A stretch of DNA of 64,000 nt from Octopus bimaculoides (taxonomy: Eukaryota): NCBI RefSeq assembly GCF_001194135.2, contig NC_068984.1, positions 15,231,425 to 15,295,424 of the forward strand. Direction: 5' to 3'. Each line of letters opens with the position of its first letter. Within the stretch, counting starts at the first letter, position 1. Shown here piece after piece: positions 23,721 to 36,864 of this stretch. The notes under the pieces were generated by a model. It made no database searches. It saw only the letters and a list, made by a program, of their open reading frames with translations, and was not told where the DNA came from. The translations under genes and the position numbers were made by a program.

Positions 23721-25924
23721 AATTGCTAATACTTCTTTAGGTTACATCTCACACAACAATGAACCTTTATCAATTTCCCTCAGTGTCATTCCGTCACCGA
23801 ATATTACTTAACTATTTCTTAACATTTATACAAATTTATCTTATATAATCCCTTCTTCGCTAATTACGAAAAAATAACCTGCTCATCTTCTGCGTGTTGC
23901 TCAATAAATTTGCCAGTTATTGTAGGCGCTCATCCTCTTTTTATAAATTCCATTCAACATCTAGGTTACCTTTACAACACTAATGTCGCCTTCTCCTACC
24001 ACTCAGTTATAACTCCTTAATTTGCCCGCTCGCACTTGGTTATTTATTAGTCAAAGGGTTTTACAATCTACAGAATGTTTTGTAAATAACCTTAGAGATC
24101 ATAGCCTCAGATCGATATTAAATTCGTCCGTTGATTTGATCTTAATATTCAACACAAATGATTGACGTTAATAAGATATTTAAATTTGAAACAATATATA
24201 TTTTTGGCGGATGTTTCCTCAGTCACCCCTCCCATCAACTTTTTTATATTCATTTGGATTCTTACGCTTTCAGGGTGACTTTGCATTATAATACAAATTG
24301 AAAAAATGTCAGTTTAATGTGAAGAAGAGTAATGATGAATAATACTCTAAATTCATATTATCTATATTTTAAGCAAGAATTCTGAAATATAAAAATAAAA
24401 GGATGATGATGTCCAGTGAGACTGTGAATGTTAAAGACACTGATTAAAAGAAAGAAAATTAAATCATTTATAATTATATTTTTATTCCTCATTAACGGAC
24501 GGGATGGGGGAGATTACAAATTCAATTTCTCGCTACAGGACAGAGACTGCTTAATCTGAAACTACCAATAAATATGTTTGGATATGTTAAACGGCATTTT
24601 AAGAAATATAGCATCAGATGGGTCAAACCCCAGCCTCCGTTACCACTATCATCTCAGTTTCATTATAACCTTTTGTAAGTCGACGTCACATTTTTGAAAT
24701 AGTGTTTGTTAAACTAGTTTTGTTTACTAGCTAAATGTCAATACTTGTTCTTTTGTTACATTATCATGAGAATTATTTATCTAACAGAAAACATTCCAGA
24801 GAAGCCATTGAAAGGAGTTTTCAAGTGGTTGGTCTATCTGCTAGAAGTAGCAGCCAGATATCCCTCAAAATTATACCATACTTTCTTGTAAAAAAGGAAG
24901 GAGGCATTGGATAATGTAGTTTGAGAGGGCGCGATAGTTGTGGCTGGAAAGTCTTTGGACATATACAAGAAAGAAAAACATGAAAACTTAAATATTTTAT
25001 GGTTTGGTCTGGAAGAGCAGGGGCAGAGCCCATGACCTCTGCAAATCCCTTGAGGATGTGGGTGATGTACTTTTTGACAGGAGGAATTCCAGTGAAGCAA
25101 CTTGGTGAGAGTTGGGGGTTTAGCAGAAGGGTTAGTGCATGGCCCAGGGAGGTAGATATATGGGTGTAGAGAGGAGATTGAACGATAGTGACCAAGGGGA
25201 CAGCACATCTGTTCCTTCATTGGGCTAGGGCATCTATGGAACCCTTTGATTAGTATTTTATTGTGGTGAGCCCCAATAGACAGTCGATGTTTAAAAACTA
25301 GTTTTATAGAAACTTTCAAAATTCTTATTTTACTTTACACACACTAATTTATGTAGGTTGAACCATGTAAAGTGTTGGAGAAAGAAACCTAGCTGTTTCT
25401 TGCAATACATACATCTGGAGCAACTTTTTTTCAGGGACCCTTAAGATATTATTGTGAATCCCCAATTTACTACACACTACAGTAGAAGCATTTTGAATAT
25501 TCAGTGAAGTCTAAACAAAACAGTTGGTACCAGTGCACAGTCCTTATATCTCTTCATTTCCTGAACTTTAATACTGAGTTATACTAATTACATCTGTGAC
25601 AAAAATTCATGTTGTATATTTGATCATGTGACCCCCTTGTAATTAAAGATGATAGCTAAAAATTGGAAGCATGTTAAAATAGATAAAACAGGTGAAACTG
25701 CAGCATGCTTTAATGTAGAAAGCATCAACTCAACTCATCAGTGAAGACAAAACATAGGTGTGAGTGTGGAGTTAAGAAACTTGCTTCTCAGCTGTATGGA
25801 ATCGGGTTCAGTCCCACTGTGAAGCACCTTACACAGGTATCTTCTACTTTAGCCCCAGAATTGCCAAAGCTTAGTGGATGGGTTTGGTAGATGGAAAGTG
25901 AAAGAAGCCTGTCTTATGTTTGTG

Positions 25925-26302
25925 TGTGTGTGTTGGCACTCCGTCGCTTACGACGTCGAGGGTTCCAGTTGATCCGATCAACGGAACAGCCTGCTCGTGA
26001 AATTAACGTGCAAATGGCTGAGCACTCCACAGACACGTGTACCCTTAACGTAGTTCTCAGGGATATTCAGTGTGACAAGGCTGACCCTTTGAATTACAGG
26101 CACAACAGAAACAGGAAGAAAGAGTGAGAGAAAGTTGTGATGGAAGAGTACAGCAGGGTTCGCCACCATCCCCTGCCAGAGCCTTGTGGAGCTTTAGGTG
26201 TTTTCGCTCAATAAACACTCACAGCGCCCTGTCTGAGAATTGAAACCGCGATCCTATAACCACGAGTCCGCTGCCCTAACCACTGGGCCATTGCACCTCC
26301 AC
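25925..26302 (-). mobile_element. tRNA-derived SINE, third family
   Basis: Head GTGGAGGTGCAATGGCCCAGTGGTTAGGGC...GGTTTCAATTC. The body is shared with 6905-7200, and a related element lies at about 19945-20165. Confidence 0.7.
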
Positions 26303-29214
26303 GTTTGTGTGTACCCTTGTCTTGACCTTACATGATGATTGTAAATGAGCATCACCATTGTGCAAGTGATGCTGTTCATTTCCAGTCTTCCGTGGAAACA
26401 GGTGAAGGTTGGCAACAGGAAGGGCAACTGACCGTAGAAAATCGACCTCAACATATTCTGTTTGACCCATTGAAAATTGGATGTTCAATGATGGTGAGTG
26501 TGATGTAGGTGGACAAATATCACAGCTTATTTAATAGAGCAAAGAGTGGAAATTAATCCTGCTTGCTACCAAAGCAATTACTTCTAGAATACTGGGAGAC
26601 AAACAAACAACTGTAAAGTGGTTGGTGTTAAGAAGGGCCATCCTGCTATAGAAACGATGCTAAGCTTGACATAGGAACTCGTTGCAGTCTTGTGGCTCAT
26701 TGGATACTGTAGGTAGAAGGCATTTACTCTTTTACTTGTTTCAGTCATTTGACTGTGGCCATGCTGGAGCACCGCCTTTAGTCGAGCAAATCGACCCCAG
26801 GACCTATTCTTTGTAAGCCTAGTACATATTCTATCGGTCTCTTTTTGCCAAACTGCTAAGTTACGGGGATGTAAACACACGAGCATTGGTTGTCAAGTGA
26901 CGCTGGAGGGACAAACATATACACACACACGTACATATATACGACGGGCTTCTTTCAGTTTCCGTCTACCAAATCCACTCACGAGGCTTTGGTCAGCCCG
27001 AGGCTATAGTAGAGAACACTTGCCCAAAGTGCCACACAGTGGGACTGAACCCGGAACCATGCGGTTCATAGGCAAGCTACTTACCACACAGCCACTCCTA
27101 CACATTTGGTAATGTTAAAAATCAACTTGTGAAAAGAGGGTTTCTAAGTTAATATTTACAGTTAGATGAAACTTCATATGTTTTTAAGTGTTGATTTGCT
27201 GATATTCATCATCATCATCATCATCATCTGTTGTCCATGCTGGCATGGATTGGATGGTTTGACCAGGACTAGTAAACTGAGGGACTGCACTAGACTCTAG
27301 TCTGATTTGGCATGGCTTCCATGGCTGGATGCCCTTCCTGACGCCAACCACTCTCATAGTGTAATGGGTGCTTTTATGTGCCACTGGCACAGGTGTCACT
27401 TTGCATGGCACCTACCATTTCATTGGTGTCATGAAATCGTAGTCATGGCAGAGAATTCGATAATTAGTGATGATTTTTCTGTTGGGCAGTCTTTGACAGT
27501 GTACATAGTACCATTAATAGTTTGAATGGTTTGATAAATGCAAAAGAAATTGGGTGGTCAGAATGTGAAGGATTTGGTAATTATGAGGTTCCTACAATGT
27601 CCAGAGAACAGGAAACAAGCCAAATGTCAAATGATGTTATTGTCACGTGCATAGTGATTTATTGTCAGGAAAACTAAAGACAACTGGATAAAGTAGATGA
27701 AGTACAATAGTTTCTTATTTCTTTACTACCCACGAGGGGCTACACACAGAGGGGACAAACAAGGAAAGACAAACGGATTAAGTCGATTATATCGAGCCCA
27801 GTGCGTAACTGGTACTTATTTAATCGACCCCGAAAGGTTGAAAGGCAAAGTCGACCTCGGCGGAATTTGAACTTAGGACGTAGTGGCAGACGAAATACCG
27901 CTAAGCATTTTGCCCGGCATGCTAACATTTCTGCCAGCTCCCTGCCTTATTAAGTACAATTATTTCTTTGTGATAAGTCATTTTATAGGAGCAAATGATT
28001 CATTAACTCTTCATGGAGTCTTTGCTAACATTTAAATGGCCTGGATTTGCAGCTTCAAGGGTGGGGTCTGCAGCTATTTTTGAAGTTAAAGTGTAAGTTT
28101 TGATTGTGGAATTAGGTTTGTAGACTGAATGCCTTCAAAGTGTTGTTGTTTGTATAGCTCTCAGCATCTGGTGTTGACGACTCTGAAGAAACAAGACACT
28201 ATTTCATTCATGACTTGTAGGATTGAAATAGTTTTAGAGATTGTTTCCCTCTTCTGTGTATGACAATAACAAGTGAGTTTGTGTTCCATTTCATATAGTT
28301 GTAAAACAAAATAAAAATAATATTCATTGAGGTCAAGTTTCTAGTATTAGTTACATGTGAAATGGAGTAGCCAGAACTGGCATTCAAACAATTGAGATAT
28401 TTACAACATTCTCAACTACATATTTATGTGAGAAGGCTTTCACTCAGCTGGGGGTTTTTTTTTTGGGGGGGGGGTTATTACAGAAACAGGATGAATGTGG
28501 AATGTGATTTTAATACTGGCGTTTTATTTTATTGCATAGATCTTTCAGTGAAAAGATGAAGCTTAGAAAACGAGTTTGTTGTTAATAAAACCGGTTTGTT
28601 GAGCAGACATTTGTTTTTAAAAAAATTCCTGGGGTTTGTAGGAAAAATTGATTTCAATGAAGGTAGGGGTGTTTGGAGGTGAAGTGGATGGGCACCACAG
28701 CTGGCAAGTTGACAATTGTTAGTTTTAGATAAAACTGTCTTGTGCTATTCCGTTTCCCTCTGCTCTCACTCAAAATCTTACCTAAGTTAGCTTTACCTCA
28801 TCTTTTCAGTAGGGTTGAAAAAGTACCAGTCGTTTCCCTTCCTCTCTCATTTGAAGTTGCCTGTTGCCCCACGAGAAACACTGGAAAACCAGACACAATC
28901 TTATGTCTTGAGTGATGTGTAGCAATCTATTATGGGAAAGCCTCTATGTTTATGCATTAAATGTATACGTTATAGTTAGGGTTTTACTTGTTGTTTTGCC
29001 CCAGACTAACAATGACCATGTCTTTTTTTTATGGCTGCATTAGTTAATATCTCTGTACTCTAGGACAGGCCTGGCCAACTTGAATTACATTGCAGGCCAC
29101 TTTAATCACAAAGTTTTTTGAGAGCTGCTTGTATACTGACAGAATTTAAATCATTTTGCTTTCTCATGCTATTATTACAATAATGAATGAATGATCGTTG
29201 ATTCAACATGAAAT

Positions 29215-29915
29215 ATCATCATCATCGTTTAACGTCCGCCTTCCATGCTAGCATAGGTTGGACGATTTGACTGAGGACTGGTGAAACCGGATGGCAACAC
29301 CAGGCTCCAATCTAATTTGGCAGAGTTTCTACAGCTGGATGCCCTTCCTAACGCCAACCACTCAGAGAGTGTAGTGGGTGCTTTTACGTGTCACCCGCAC
29401 GAAAACGGCCACGCTCGAAATGGTGTCTTTTATGTGCCACCCGCACAAGAGCCAGTCCAGGGGCACTGGCAACGATCCCGCTCGAAAGACCCCATGTGTC
29501 GCCCGCACACGAGCCAGCCCAGGGGCACCGGCAATGACCTCGCTCGAAAAACCTCATGTGTCACCCGCAAGCCGGCCCANNNNNNNNNNGGCACCGGCAA
29601 CGATCTCGCTGGAAAGATTTCATGTGTCGCCCGCACATGGGCCAGTCCGGGGGCACTGGCAAACGATCCCGCTTGAAAAAAAAAAAAGGCCTCATGTGTC
29701 ACCCGCACAAGAGCCAGTCCAGGGGCACTGGCAACGATCCCGCTCGAAAGACCCCATGTGTCGCCCGCACACGAGCCAGCCCAGGGGCACCGGCAATGAC
29801 CTCGCTCGAAAAACCTCATGTGTCACCCGCAAGCCGGCCCAGGGGCACCGGCAACGATCTCGCTGGAAAGATTTCATGTGTCGCCCGCACATGAGCAAGT
29901 CCAGGGGCACTGGCG
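29215..29915 (-). repeat. RTE-type LINE 3' tail with an expanded array of about 60-bp tandem units
   Basis: catcatcgtttaacgtccg tail followed by about 9 GC-rich units. Other copies of this tail family are at about 8857-8980, 9463-9730, 15415-15521, 16130-16395, 27205-27420, 45930-46310, 53240-53610, 54050-54470, 54565-55160 and 57958-58255. Confidence 0.85.
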
Positions 29916-30064
29916 GGCCTCAAGATAAAAGTAGGACAAGCAAATGTGTAGATTCCCACATTGGCTCATAATTTCTCTTGTTCCCTTTTGACATCTTACT
30001 GTAGTAAGATTTTTTAGGTGGAAACTATACAGAAGCCTATTGTATATTTGTTAGTGTGTGTGTA

Positions 30065-30106
<42 letters not shown>

Positions 30107-33100
30107 CATACATATACACACACATGCATATGTGTGTGTTTCTATTTAGGCCAAGTTGATTTATGCTGTGTCCGTCCTGTAACTTGGCAGTTTGATAACT
30201 CAGTGGCATAAGTGAGTACGATCAAATAAGACCTTTAAAGACAATGCATGACTGCAGTCCAAATGCTGAAATTGGTGAAAAAAAACATCAATCTAAGTAG
30301 ACTGTATTTTTCTTATTCAGTCCAATGTTAACGAACAATAAATTTGATTTATTTTTGGAAATGTAATGAGAGAAACAATTTCTCCTCCTTATAGTCAGCA
30401 CATTCACTCTTTCAAGCTGGGTGGATCCAATAAAGTACCACTTATTTGTATCACTTTAATGAGCGGTGGTACATAATTCATACCGAAACTTAAAATTCTT
30501 TTCACTGCATGGTCGGTAGCTTAGAAAATGTACCTGGTATCCACAAGATTTCTTTGATATTAAACCATTGAATTTGAAATATTACAGGTGATTCTTCATC
30601 TCATAAATTCACTCCTTTCTTACGATAATGTCATTTAATTTCCATAACAGTCGAAATTCATCACACACCTAATTATTTAATTCTCATTGTTTCTTCTATC
30701 TTTTAAACAAAGAGTTTGTTGCATAATACATGTTTAATTCTTGTCCTTTTTTCTTTTTCTTTTTTTGGTCACAGGTACTTTCACAATAAAAAGAGTAAGT
30801 AGTACACATCTAGTCCAACTATTAACTCTAATTTATCATACATCATTTAGTACCAATTTCTGTTACTTAACATACTACTACCAACTCATAATAGAACTAT
30901 TACAAGGTTATATTGTTAACAATGGAAGATTAAAGCTGTTAAACATTTAATGGCAAATATAATTTCAAATGTGAGTTTTCAGGATGCCAGCCTATAAACC
31001 AATTGGTTTACAGTTTTCATCCCATCACTAGCACTGATCTCTTTAATGGTGAAATCCATGTAATTATAAATCTTGGACAGACTACAGTTCACTATTATAA
31101 GCAGTTTAACTCTTTCATTACTATATTTCTGTTGAAATTCAGTTTTTACTTCAATTAATTTTGAAAATAATGAAGAGTTTGATAAAATTACTTAATCACT
31201 ATTAACACATAAAGTGCGACAGGCCACGATCCTGGTTGACAGGCCACAATAGATGCATTTAATTTATTGGTGTTTGTTAGGGGTCTAATGTCTCTCAAAC
31301 ACTCCGATATCCCCCAGAATGCAGGAGGACTAATAATTCAACCAATGACTTTTCAGATAATGTAAAATTTGCTACCATTATATACTTTTTTTTATGTGTG
31401 CATGGTAGTCTCATTTTCATAAAATGTGCTCAGCAGTCCATGTTATGTAAGTGCAAGTCCCAGCGCTTTATGGGTTAAGTTTGGAACATGAATTAATATG
31501 AAATTTTCAGGGAAGGCTTTGATTTAGATCACTTAAACACAGGAATTTGTATCACAGAACTAGGATGATCTCAGGTGGGTTGGTATAAAAAAGGGTAAAG
31601 TAATATTATTGGAACATGGTTTCCTAGCTTTCAGTACTAAGCTCAAATCTTTCCCAGGTGAGAAAACTGCAACAAGAAACCATACAGGTGTATTTTCTCC
31701 TGACTCTTTGAAAGCCTTTTGAGAACCCTGATAACCTCGGAGATTATCATGTATTATTTATAGTTACATTCCTATAGCGATTATTCATCATGAACTATCA
31801 GACCTCCTTGTAAAAAGTTAATTCAAAAGATTCTAACATTGGTGCTACATAAAAATCATCCAATACACTCTATAAAGTGGTTGGCATTAGGAAGGGCAGG
31901 CAGCCATAGAAACCATACCAAAACAAACAATTGGAACTGGCTTGCCAGCATAGAAAATAGATGTTAAATGATGATGAATCATTCCTCTGTGATTGAGTTC
32001 TTTCTGAAATCTCTCTCTCTCTCTTTCAATAAAGTTGAGATTTAATAAATAAAAAATCATTAAGAAAGCTATTTTTGGTCTTCATTCTTTTTTTTTTTTA
32101 AATACTTTTGTCTAGTAAACCCATTTTGTAGCAATTACTGAATAGAGAAATTCAAACCATGTCATGAAAAGATTATGTAACGAGCTATCTAAAATATCAG
32201 ATACAATCAGAGAAAAACGAGATTAGCAACACTACATTGGACACCTCAACATGGTCTGAATGACATTGGTGACATTCAGACCTAGACATTAATCACTTAA
32301 CTGATAATGGTGAAGGGAACTATTACATGCCATGGAAGATAGCACTGGATGAAGGATCAAGTTCATGGAAATCTGAGTAAGTTCAACACAGTGGGGATGA
32401 TTTTTAATTGCTTTGATGAGGAAGAACTATGCTGTGTCCCTTTTGGAAGGTAGGAAGAAATTCATCATCATCCAGTGTTTTAACTCTGGGTTTTGTACCC
32501 GTTAACGGGGGTGGCTGGATCTACCTCAATGCCATAGCAACTGAGGTAGGCAGGTGCATTCCACCCCAAACTTAGGGCTGGCTGGCGCATATTCTCCTTT
32601 GCTATCATGAGGCTTTTTAGGAGCTGGATTTTCTACAGGGAGCATGCCCTTGCTTACCCCCAACTTCAGTTTCTAGACATGAATGGTGCTAAGACCAAGG
32701 CCTCTACCACGATTTTTAAGAAATGCGGTGGAAAACAAGCTCAGGAATGCTACTCCTTGAGAGTCCCCCTCACCTCATTATAAGAGATTATTCTCAAGCG
32801 ACAGACCTGTGACACTTAAGGGCCAGATGGCAAACCAGTCAGTGGTCTTAACTTATCACTCAGGAGCAGGTACAGCCCTTCCACACAGTTTCTGTACAGT
32901 GAATTTCAATCAGAAGACACTGGATGAACACAAGATTGAACTGGGTACTGTGCATTATCAATGTTTGCTTTTTCTAAGACTAAAGCGTAATTTGAGGGAG
33001 ATTTATCTGCTATTTCTTACACATCAACTTACTGTTCAGAGACTCCCTCATGGGCTCTAAAACAACTTTGTTTTTGATCCTTGGTGGTGGTCATTTCACT

Positions 33101-33381
33101 TTGCTTCATGAAAAGCATCAGCATCATTTTTCTTCTCTATTAACATGAAATCTGGCGTCCACACAAGAAATCCAGATATTGCATGGATAAAAAGTAAAAT
33201 ATTGAAAATACATAAAAACGGAAGTTATTTCCATAATCAGCATTAAAAATACTATATAAAAAAAAAGCAATAAAAAATTTGTCTGAAAAAGAAATGGTTT
33301 CTCAAATAAAGGCCACCAAGGGGTTAATAGTGATGTTGCTTTTAGTCACTATCTCCAAAATAAAGATGTTAACCCCTTTTC

Positions 33382-33833
33382 TTATTTACATTTGACTTCA
33401 TCTTGTTTGTTGTTAACATGTTTCAACTGATATACTCTCCAACCTTTATCAGATGTCTTGGGGAAATTTCAAACCTGAGTTCTCATTCCTAAGGTATTTT
33501 TCGATATTATTATTATTAAGGTCACTGCCTGAAAATTGAACTCGGAATCTTGGGGTTAGTAGCCCGTACTCTTAACCACGACGCCATATGCTTGTGGACA
33601 ATTATGGAGTGAATTTTAAGGTTTATAAATCTAATATTTTCCTATCCTTCCTTAATACCAGTTCCCATATGCTACTCATATCTGCACTTGGTCTGCTATG
33701 TCCTAGCATATGTACTACTTCTTTTAGTTTTTGTATTTTCCAGTGGTGTTCTCTGTCTATTACAAGATGAGGACAAATATCTGTCAAATGTAAATAATGT
33801 ACATAATTCCTCATCTCTCAAATATAGAACTGT
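33382..33833. mobile_element. Third, older copy of the tRNA/hammerhead element, nested in a TTAA-ended MITE
   Basis: Degenerate left arm 33382-33593, centre gcttGTggac, and the same terminal tail gatgaggacaaatatc...aatatagaactgt (33763-33833). Confidence 0.75.
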
Positions 33834-34898
33834 ATTACCATATTTCTGTTGTGTTCTGTATTTCAATTAATTTTGAAAATAAAGGATTTACTAAACTATC
33901 TTGGTCATTACTAAATTTACATGCAGTTTTAATTTAGATTACTTAATAGTGAAAGCTTGTATCATAGAAGAAGGGTCAGTTGATATGAAAAGGGTTAAAA
34001 TGAAGTATTTCGATTCTAAATGGAGATGGAAACCCAGTTGTACAAGTGAAACAGTAGAATTTTAAGAAACTAGTAATGGTTTGTGTGGGTAAATATTAAG
34101 TACAAAAGGTGTGCAAAGTGTAATAAATCATGTCATGAGGAAAAGTCTAATCTTTCAGGCAAAACCCTGTCACAGAGATGAAATGTTTATTTAATAATAC
34201 TGTTAAATAGATTTGTAAGTTGTGACAATGAGAAAAATATTTTAAGGAGAGGTAATAAGAGGATAATGGCCAACGTAAGGAGATAATGCACAAGAGCTTT
34301 GTTATGGAAGTATTTTACAGCATCTGCACAAGAATTGCAGAAATATACTGGGATTGAACCAATCAATTATACACATAAAACAAGTCCCATGATAACAGTG
34401 GTTAATAGGATTTCCACTTGAAGTCCTTATTAAAAAAACAAATTTATCTGGTGGAAAAACAAGCCCTTTTCTTTTGAAATTCAACTAATAATTTGAACTG
34501 AGCAGAGCCAACAAATAACAGCAATTATAGCGTGAATCTACAGTTTATGGTGGTGACCTGCACCACTGTATGATACCGATTTATAAGTTTGATACGGTAT
34601 CGAGTGTTATTTAAACCATGCACACAGAAGACATTGGTCACAAAATATGAATTAGTAAGCCCTTCAACTTGTGTTACATTTCATCAAGTCAGCTATTTGC
34701 GATTCCCATATATGTTGAACTTGTCAGAATTCTACTCAGAAACAGAAATTTCTATAACACCAAATATATTTTCATTACAAAAGCCTCAAGACACAACACA
34801 TACATAACCCATGACAGCATACAAACACAGGATCACTGAGGGTACCTTTACATATTCATTTGAGAGTAGCCAAACCAGCCTTAAATCATTGCCCTATC

Positions 34899-35077
34899 TT
34901 AACCATTTAGCATTCAGATTACTCTGTCAAATGTAATGCTTACTTATTCACATTGTTTTGAATTAATCCTGAATTATTTTGTAGCTTTGAAATTTCAATG
35001 ATATGATTGTTTATTTTTAGAATGACATTGTAGGGGAAGTGAGAGAGACTGGACCAGACTAGTTTGAAAAAGTTAAG
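34899..35077. mobile_element. TTAA-bounded (piggyBac-type) MITE family
   Basis: ttaaccatttagcattcag...aaaaagttaa. Related pieces at about 36405-36716, 57868-57960 and 59317-59445. A second TTAA family lies at 31088-31598 and 33369-33998. Confidence 0.55.
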
Positions 35078-36572
35078 AAAATATTCACACCATGGCCTCA
35101 CCTCTCCCAGCAACAATCTTCATCAGGGTCTTCACCATGCTTTTGGAAGGAGCCCATAGTTGAAACTTTCCCATAAGTTATATATCCGAATGTTTCACTT
35201 CCTATTTTTCTAACTATGCTCATTCTTGTTATTTGTGAGTAGACCCTAGCACTACACCATCTCTTTCCCCTCGATCACTCATTTTTCCTGACTAGGTAAC
35301 CAAATATCACCTTTACATCAGCACTTGTTTATGGCCTCTCTCTCCCACTAGGTAACCATGTACCCCCTTTATAGCAAGGCACCTATCTCTGCCTCTCTAT
35401 TTCTGTTACACTCTAACCTTTCGTCATTTGATACTGGATCACCTCCTCTAATAACTCTTGTTGTGGCATGACACCTGCTTGTCTCTTTGTCACTCTCTTT
35501 AATCCTGACACAAATGCCCCGCCCCTCTCATAACTCATTGATTTTGCGAGTTTTCACCCCTCCTCATGCCCAATGTTTCAAATGTTTTAAACTTGTCTGA
35601 TAATTAGTATATGCTTAGATGAAGAACTAATATATAAAAACCTGTATATTTTCTTCTTTAACCCTTTCACACCTGCTCCCCTGTGTCTAACTTTACTTTC
35701 TACCTGGGCTCCTGAGCAAAAACATAAACACTTGCATTTACAGTTCAAGAGTAACGGCTGCAGGCAAACTAATGGACAGAATCACAAAAAAAAGATTCAG
35801 AATAGGCCTTTCTCTCAACTACTCGATGTGTTCATTGCAGGCAATCAAATGGACAGAATCACAAAACGAAAAATTCAGAGTAAGAGGCCCATCTCTCAAC
35901 TCATTCACCCAAATTACCACTTTCCTCATCACTTACACCAGTTTGATTGTCCAAATCATTCTCATTGTCTGCACGAGTCTAGGACATTTACCCCCCATGG
36001 ACAACTAATGATGATTTAATTGGAGGGGGTAATTGTCCTGATATGGTCTGCATAAAAGTACACTCTTCACCCAAAGAATAATTACCATCAATAATTTCCT
36101 CAACTGCAAAGAGTCTAGGCCTTGCTCATTTACAAGATGAAATGCTGGGTTCATCACAAAATCGTTATATTTTTTAGATTAAAAGCAAAAGCAAACAACA
36201 GATATGGGAGACACCATTAACAATGAGTCATAAACACAAAGCTGAAACATGATTAGTTATCTTATTTTATATGTATATATTTTTTCTGTTTAGCTCATTA
36301 CCACCTTACCAGGAACACAGCACGAAAGGGATTTCATTCTGAAATAAAATAGCAAGTTATGTCACATTCACTAGAAATCAGATCCAGTAATTTCATGATG
36401 ATGAAACTAATTACTTTGTCAAAATGTAGAACTTATTAAATTTACATTGTTTTGAATTAATCATGCATTATCTCATTAGCTTTGAGATTTTGGTGGTGTG
36501 ATTATTTTTAGAATGACATTACAGGATAGGTGTGAGAGGTTGGATCTCGCCATCTCAAACAGAAAACAGACA

Positions 36573-36688
36573 ATATTTTGGCTGAATATCATCATCGTTT
36601 AACGTCTGCTTTCCATGCTAGCATGGGTTGGACGATTTGCTACCATGGAAAGTGGACGTTAAACAATGATGATACTCAGCCAAAATAT
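36573..36688. repeat. 116-bp hairpin made of two head-to-head LINE tails plus inverted flanks
   Basis: Arm atattttggctgaatatcatcatcgtttaacgtctgctttccatgctagca versus tgctaccatggaaagtggacgttaaacaatgatgatactcagccaaaatat; 14-nt loop. Confidence 0.85.
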
Positions 36689-36864
36689 GGCTGGTTTAGA
36701 TGCTAAAGAGTTAAATTAATCAGTTATTTTACAAAATTTCCCGACAAAAAGAAAAACTTTAGGGAATGCTTTATTTCTGAAGTTACAAAATAATTCTGTA
36801 AAATATCAATCATACAAAAAAAAAAAAAAAACAGAGAAAGCAGTTATCTTTTTTACAATATATA

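Noticed and set aside
24821-25319. 124-aa and 161-aa ORFs as genes
   Set aside because: No recognisable domain or splice context, and they overlap repeat-derived sequence including a hAT MITE copy.
29390-29915. CRISPR-like array
   Set aside because: Units are contiguous and homologous along their whole length with no unique spacers. The context is eukaryotic and the array sits inside a LINE tail.
35100-35135. Minus-strand CCTGATGAAG as another hammerhead
   Set aside because: No downstream hairpin plus GAAAC and no similarity to the element arms.
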